A DNA stretch of 64,000 nucleotides, taken from assembly GCA_017436525.1 (NCBI GenBank), contig JAFSCX010000044.1, positions 1,267 through 65,266 of the forward strand. Reading direction: 5' to 3'. Below the pieces are notes generated by a model. The model saw only the letters and a program-made list of their open reading frames with translations. It searched no databases and was not told the DNA's origin. Source of the stretch: Clostridia bacterium (lineage in GTDB: Bacteria; Bacillota; Clostridia; Oscillospirales; QAKW01). Positions 59,528-64,000 of the stretch are shown piece by piece (positions within the stretch are counted from its first letter, which is position 1; the number at the start of each line of letters is the position of its first letter). A program made the translations under genes and the position numbers.

Positions 59528-61517
59528 ATGAAAGGGGTTGCTCTACAGTTGTTTGCTGAACCGGTGAAGTCTCTGCAGGGAGATCCTGCACAGGCGCATC
59601 CTGCAGCGTCTCTAAGGACGGCATATTCCGATAAACCGGCACAATGAAATGCGCCTTGGCATTGGGATCCGAATAGGCCTTTTTCAAAAGAACAGCCTCT
59701 TTCTTCGGCGCACCCTTATCCGACATATAGGCACTATCGGTCATATAGGCATAGCGCATGAAATAAGGGGTAACATCTCCCCGATCCAGATACCACTCTT
59801 TAATCCAGCTGGCCCCGCCGATAATGGCTTTTTGGGGCGTATTCCATCCATAATTCTTGGCTGCCACCATCGCATAATTGGGATTGCTGTTGTAGGCATA
59901 AATTCCATAGAAATTATAATGGGTTGCGCCCAGAGGATAGGTCTCATATTTATTTTCGGGCTTCACCGAATTGGGTACATATACATTGGGGACCACATCC
60001 ATCCCCTTTGCAAAGGCGGATGTGCCAAAGCCGGTTTCCAAGGCGATGCGGCAAGTAATATAAAGCGGATTCATCATTACCGATTTGGAGGCAGTCAGAA
60101 TCTCGGCCACCATTTCCTTTTCATTCAAGGCTGCGCCGTCCAGCTCTTCCCAAAGATCCTCGATCTGCTTCGCCGTCCAACTACCGAATTTATAAGTATC
60201 GATGTCCAGAAAGGCATAAATATCATTTTCATTGAAATAGTTCAGCGGATCTACAAGCTCTTGCGTAGAATTGTATTTCGCAGGGGCGCTTGCATAATCC
60301 ACCCCCACATCCACAAAGCTGAAGGTCCAATTCGGATGCGCTTTTTTCAAAGCTTCAATGCCTTCCTTATAGCGTTCCGGCATTTCCACCTCATCATAAG
60401 CCCATTTGACATAATCTTTATGAATATATCCTTTTTGACCGCCGTTGACAATCTGCACCCGGCACCAATCGCCTTCCATCCCATAGTAATAGATACGGGT
60501 ATTATTGGCAGCAATGGTCTTCACCACACTATGCTCCGAGCCGGCACCGCTGCGCATATTTACATTGGCACCTTTGGTGCGGGCGAAGGTATAATCAGCA
60601 TGAGAAGCATCGGTGATATCAATGGTATATTTCTTCTCGCCGATGGTCAAATAGATTTTTGCACGGCCTGCTCCGAGATCCAGCGGATCTCCAATCTTAT
60701 AAGGGGTAGTGCTATAGGGATTGGCCTCGGTGGGATAATGCTCCACCGCTAATTGAAGCGGTTCGGTCCCATTATATTTATTAATGCTGCATTTCTTAAA
60801 ATTCGCATTGGTTACCACATAATAATCCTGATCGGCGCGGAAATTGAGATAAAATCCGCTCACTTCCAAAATAGGAGCCGGCTGAGTCGATTTATGATAA
60901 CGATAAATAACGGCTGCCGCCTCTGCGCGGGTGGCATTATTGAGGGGATGGAATTTCCCTTCAGAGCCCACTATGATCCCTGCAGCGGCGCATTTATTGA
61001 CGGAAGAGCGGGCCCAAGAGGCAATTTTTGCTCCATCCTGAAAGCTGGGCCCACCGCCTTCGGGCAAGCTTCTTCCCAGCACCTTTTCGATGGTGCGGAC
61101 CAACATGGCGCACATTTCCTGGCGGGTGATATTTCGATCGGGGGCAAACTGCGTGGCGCTCACTCCGCTGACTACCCCTGCAGCATAGGCCCAGGCGATA
61201 TATTTACGCCCCCAATGCTTCCCCCCTACATCCTTGAAAGGAATCTCTCCGTAACCGCTCACATCTGCATTGCAGAGATTGGCCATGGCGGTGGCAAATT
61301 GAGCGCGGGTAATTTTTTTGGTCGGCTTAAAAGCATAATCGCTCATTCCGACAAAAAGGTTGTAATCCACCGCTCCTGCCACATCGTTATAATACCACGC
61401 TTTCGGATTCACATCCTCAAAGCGGTCTGCAGGTGCTGCGGCCGCCTCAAAGGTGATGGTGCTGAAAAGCAGCGCAATCACCATCATCAGTGCAATAAAA
61501 TTCTGTCTCTTCATCAT
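59526..61517 (-). CDS. S-layer-homology (3x SLH) + SH3 + GH73-like glucosaminidase cell-wall protein
   Basis: Signal peptide and three SLH repeats (FEDVNPKAWYY.., FKDVGGKHWGRKYIAWA.., FQDGAKIASWARSSV..). SH3-like VNMRSGAGSEHSVVKTI...GDWCRVQ. C-terminal ..ETGFGTS..NFYGIYAY.. region. Confidence 0.8.
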   Translation of the reverse strand: MMKRQNFIALMMVIALLFSTITFEAAAAPADRFEDVNPKAWYYNDVAGAVDYNLFVGMSDYAFKPTKKITRAQFATAMANLCNADVSGYGEIPFKDVGGKHWGRKYIAWAYAAGVVSGVSATQFAPDRNITRQEMCAMLVRTIEKVLGRSLPEGGGPSFQDGAKIASWARSSVNKCAAAGIIVGSEGKFHPLNNATRAEAAAVIYRYHKSTQPAPILEVSGFYLNFRADQDYYVVTNANFKKCSINKYNGTEPLQLAVEHYPTEANPYSTTPYKIGDPLDLGAGRAKIYLTIGEKKYTIDITDASHADYTFARTKGANVNMRSGAGSEHSVVKTIAANNTRIYYYGMEGDWCRVQIVNGGQKGYIHKDYVKWAYDEVEMPERYKEGIEALKKAHPNWTFSFVDVGVDYASAPAKYNSTQELVDPLNYFNENDIYAFLDIDTYKFGSWTAKQIEDLWEELDGAALNEKEMVAEILTASKSVMMNPLYITCRIALETGFGTSAFAKGMDVVPNVYVPNSVKPENKYETYPLGATHYNFYGIYAYNSNPNYAMVAAKNYGWNTPQKAIIGGASWIKEWYLDRGDVTPYFMRYAYMTDSAYMSDKGAPKKEAVLLKKAYSDPNAKAHFIVPVYRNMPSLETLQDAPVQDLPAETSPVQQTTVEQPLS

Positions 61518-62239
61518 TACATTTCCCAGTTATGTGCCACTTCCTGCACATCATCATCATCGTCCAGCGCATCCAGAAGCAGCTGCATCTTAAAGCGATC
61601 CTTTTCATCGGTAAGGCTCACATTATTATCTGCAATACGGGTGATCTCGGCGGTGGCGAATTGATAGCCGGCCTCCTCCAACGCTACGCGGACAGCAGAA
61701 AACTGCTCCGGGGCAGTGGTAATTTCAAAGGCTTCTCCTTCGCTATCGAAATCATCGGCACCGCTATCCAGCGCACACATCATCAGCTCATCCTCATCCA
61801 CATCTTCCTTCTCGATGATGATCAGGCCGCATTGCTTAAATTGCCAAAGCACACTGTTGCTGGCGCCTAAATTGCCGCCGAATTTATCGAAATAATGGCG
61901 CAGAGAGGCGGCGGTACGATTACGGTTATCAGTCAGGCAATCCACCACTACCGCAACCCCGCCGGGGCCGTAGCCTTCATAAACCAAGGATTCATAATTG
62001 CTGCTATCGCCCTCACCTGCGGCTTTTTTGATGGCGCGCTCAATATTATCGTTGGGCACATTGGCGGCCTTTGCCTTGGCAATGGCGTCTGCAAGGCGGG
62101 AATTGGCGGCAGGATTGGCGCCCCCTTCCTTTACAATGACCATGATCTCTTTTGCCATTTTGGTAAAGATCTTTGCCCGCTGGGCGTCGGTCTTTCCTTT
62201 CTTATTTTGAATGTTATGCCATTTGGAATGTCCGGACAT
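61517..62239 (-). CDS. yebC: YebC/PmpR-family transcriptional regulator
   Basis: MSGHSKWHNIQNKKGKTDAQRAKIFTK is a canonical family N-terminus. Confidence 0.9.
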   Translation of the reverse strand: MSGHSKWHNIQNKKGKTDAQRAKIFTKMAKEIMVIVKEGGANPAANSRLADAIAKAKAANVPNDNIERAIKKAAGEGDSSNYESLVYEGYGPGGVAVVVDCLTDNRNRTAASLRHYFDKFGGNLGASNSVLWQFKQCGLIIIEKEDVDEDELMMCALDSGADDFDSEGEAFEITTAPEQFSAVRVALEEAGYQFATAEITRIADNNVSLTDEKDRFKMQLLLDALDDDDDVQEVAHNWEM

Positions 62240-62381
62240 GAATTTTCGCTCCTTATCGATATTTTTCTCATTCTACATCATACCATAAGTCGGCCCCGAT
62301 TTCAAGAGCGAAATAATGGTTGAATTCACCATTTTTCCATGATATAATCGAGATGAAAATCAATCTTGGGAGTTTCCTTTT

Positions 62382-62933
62382 ATGAAGAATAAGAATCTTA
62401 AAAAAACCATCCTGTTCGGTGTGCTGATTTTAATCTTGATGCTGATCGGCCGCCCCACCGCCTTCGGCTATCTTCATCCCGCCGATCCGCTGGTGCTGCT
62501 GGCCGCTCTGATGCTTCCCGCCCCATCCGCCATGCTGGCGGCAGGAATTGCCGGAGCCGCCGCCGATCTTTTGAAAGGCTATTATCTGCTGGCCCCCCTT
62601 ACGCTGATCCTGCGCATTTTAATGGTCCTTTTGGTCAAAAAGCTCACCGCCCTTTCCCCTTCCGAAAAGCATGAGGAATTGCTTGCCGCGCCTGCCGCCT
62701 TTTTGCCGGTCCTCCTCTATTTCTTAGGCGAGCTGGTCTTCGGCCTCTTGGCAGGCACCAAAGAAGCCGCTTGGGCTTCCGCTTTGGGCACTTTGCCTAA
62801 GAATTTGATCCAAGCCGCCGCAAGCGTCTTGCTTTTCATTTTTATCTACGATATGGTCAAAGGTTTCTCTGCCGCCCGCGCTCAGATGAAGGCGGAAAAG
62901 GCATCTTCGGAAAGGAGCGAGAACGATGAATAA
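62382..62933 (+). CDS. integral membrane protein (ECF S-component-like)
   Basis: 183 aa with 5-6 TM helices. No specific motif recognised. Confidence 0.5.
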   Translation: MKNKNLKKTILFGVLILILMLIGRPTAFGYLHPADPLVLLAALMLPAPSAMLAAGIAGAAADLLKGYYLLAPLTLILRILMVLLVKKLTALSPSEKHEELLAAPAAFLPVLLYFLGELVFGLLAGTKEAAWASALGTLPKNLIQAAASVLLFIFIYDMVKGFSAARAQMKAEKASSERSENDE

Positions 62934-63942
62934 ATTGCGTTTTGCCATCGCAGGCTACGGCTCCATCGCCAAGGTCCATGCCTTAGCCTCCTGCCAGGCC
63001 GCCCTCTTTTTTGAGCAGGAGACCATCCCCGAGCTGGTGGGCGTCATGAGCCGCACACCAAAAGAATGTGGGCTCCCCCTTGTGAAGCATTATACCTCCC
63101 TGGAGGAGATGGTTCTCGCCACTCGCCCCGATTTTTTGGATCTTTGCATGCCCCACCATCTGAGAGAAGATGCGGTGGCCTTTGCCGCCGAGCGGGGATT
63201 GCCCATCTATTGCGAAAAGCCCTTGGCCTCCTCGCTGGAGCAAGCGGAGCAGCTGGCGGCTCTTGCCCGCGATCTGCCTACCGCCATGGCCTTTGAATAT
63301 CGCTTCATCCCTGCAGTAACGTTAATGAAGCGCAATCTTCATTTGATTGGAAAGCTCATTGATTTCAGAGCCGTCTATTTCCATGACACCTATCTTCTGC
63401 CTCGGGCAAAAACTTGGCGGATGACTTTGGAAAACGGCGGCGGTGCCCTTTTGGATTTAGGGGTCCATATGCTGAATCTTTTGGAATATCTTTTAGGGCC
63501 CTTGGAATACCGAAAGGCGGAAAAAACCATCTATTTCCCCGATCGCAATGAGGTCGATGAATATGGCATCATGCATCTTTCCAATGGCGAAGTCTTGGGC
63601 ACCATAGAGGCTTCCCGCGTTCATGCCAATGAGGGGCGCAATAAAATGGTTACCCTCTATGGAGAGACCGGCTCTCTGACCCTTGATCTGGATCGCCCCT
63701 ATGAGCTGCGCCATTATGATCTGCCCACCAAAACGACCACCATCCTTCGGGCAGATGATGCACTCCTCCAAGAGCTGATGTATCCCGCACCTCGGCAGAG
63801 CTTGGGCTTCTATCAGGATTCTCATACCTGCTCCCTTTTGCATTTTGCCAAATTCCTTTATACCGGCGAGGAGGACCCCCTGATCTCCACCTTTGAGGAC
63901 GGTCTTTCCGCTCAGGAATTACTCTCTCATATTTTAGAATAA
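62926..63942 (+). CDS. Gfo/Idh/MocA-family oxidoreductase
   Basis: LRFAIAGYGSIAKVH Rossmann N-terminus and IYCEKPLA motif. Confidence 0.8.
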   Translation: MNKLRFAIAGYGSIAKVHALASCQAALFFEQETIPELVGVMSRTPKECGLPLVKHYTSLEEMVLATRPDFLDLCMPHHLREDAVAFAAERGLPIYCEKPLASSLEQAEQLAALARDLPTAMAFEYRFIPAVTLMKRNLHLIGKLIDFRAVYFHDTYLLPRAKTWRMTLENGGGALLDLGVHMLNLLEYLLGPLEYRKAEKTIYFPDRNEVDEYGIMHLSNGEVLGTIEASRVHANEGRNKMVTLYGETGSLTLDLDRPYELRHYDLPTKTTTILRADDALLQELMYPAPRQSLGFYQDSHTCSLLHFAKFLYTGEEDPLISTFEDGLSAQELLSHILE

Positions 63943-63947
63943 AACAT

Positions 63948-63976
63948 GGCGGCAAGGACGAAATATCCTTGCCGCC
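63948..63976 (+). terminator. hairpin after the oxidoreductase gene
   Basis: GGCGGCAAGGA-cgaaata-TCCTTGCCGCC. The T-run is weak (TTCA). Confidence 0.5.
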
Positions 63977-63979
63977 TTC

Positions 63980-64000
63980 AGCGTGTCAAAAAACTCCTGC
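63980..64000. repeat. partial copy (cut by window end) of the palindromic repeat seen at 55647-55684
   Basis: AGCGTGTCAAAAAACTCCTGC is the exact reverse complement of 55665-55684 plus one base. Confidence 0.65.

Noticed and set aside
59649-61664. Long + strand ORFs (59649-60752, 367 aa; 60753-61664, 303 aa) lie opposite the SLH-glucosaminidase gene.
   Set aside because: These are shadow ORFs. The minus strand encodes a signal peptide, three SLH repeats, SH3 and glucosaminidase motifs. The same reasoning applies to 8389-9165, 42211-42996, 44266-45033, 49589-50449 and 57229-58155.

Overview
The window comes from a spore-forming Firmicute that looks Clostridia-like, has SLH-type wall proteins, and is about 50-55% GC by eye. 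It has three parts.

(i) 1-689 holds cotJA, cotJB and only the first 31 codons of cotJC.

(ii) About 689-34292 is a ~33.6-kb prophage integrated inside cotJC by a large serine recombinase (int 32775-34226). Excision at the central GG of the att sites would rebuild an intact cotJC. The prophage carries:
- a CI/Cro switch with an ImmA-like protease;
- an HUH Rep and early genes;
- a complete diversity-generating retroelement (RT, Avd, a 65-nt Asn-codon-rich TR, two VR-bearing paralogous target genes) sitting in an AT-rich island;
- small and large terminase and portal;
- a fibre/LRR/holin/SLH-endolysin block embedded between portal and scaffold;
- scaffold, capsid, adaptor and nozzle-like genes with no tube, sheath or tape-measure gene;
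- a 3136-aa giant virion protein with an HELTH metallopeptidase motif;
- a Spo0A C-terminal-domain-only gene at the attL end, co-oriented with the cotJ operon.

(iii) 34290-64000 holds the rest of cotJC, then ordinary host genes: tspO, azlCD, an SGNH lipoprotein, T-box-controlled metY-metA, queH, nagA, coaX, a pfkB-family kinase, trmB, ispE, asnA, a U32 peptidase, mltG, oxidoreductases, a CDF transporter, an SLH glucosaminidase and yebC. Several structured intergenic repeats are present, including MITE-like tandem elements, a duplicated hairpin and a dispersed palindrome.

All calls come from reading the translations and sequence by eye. No database search was possible.
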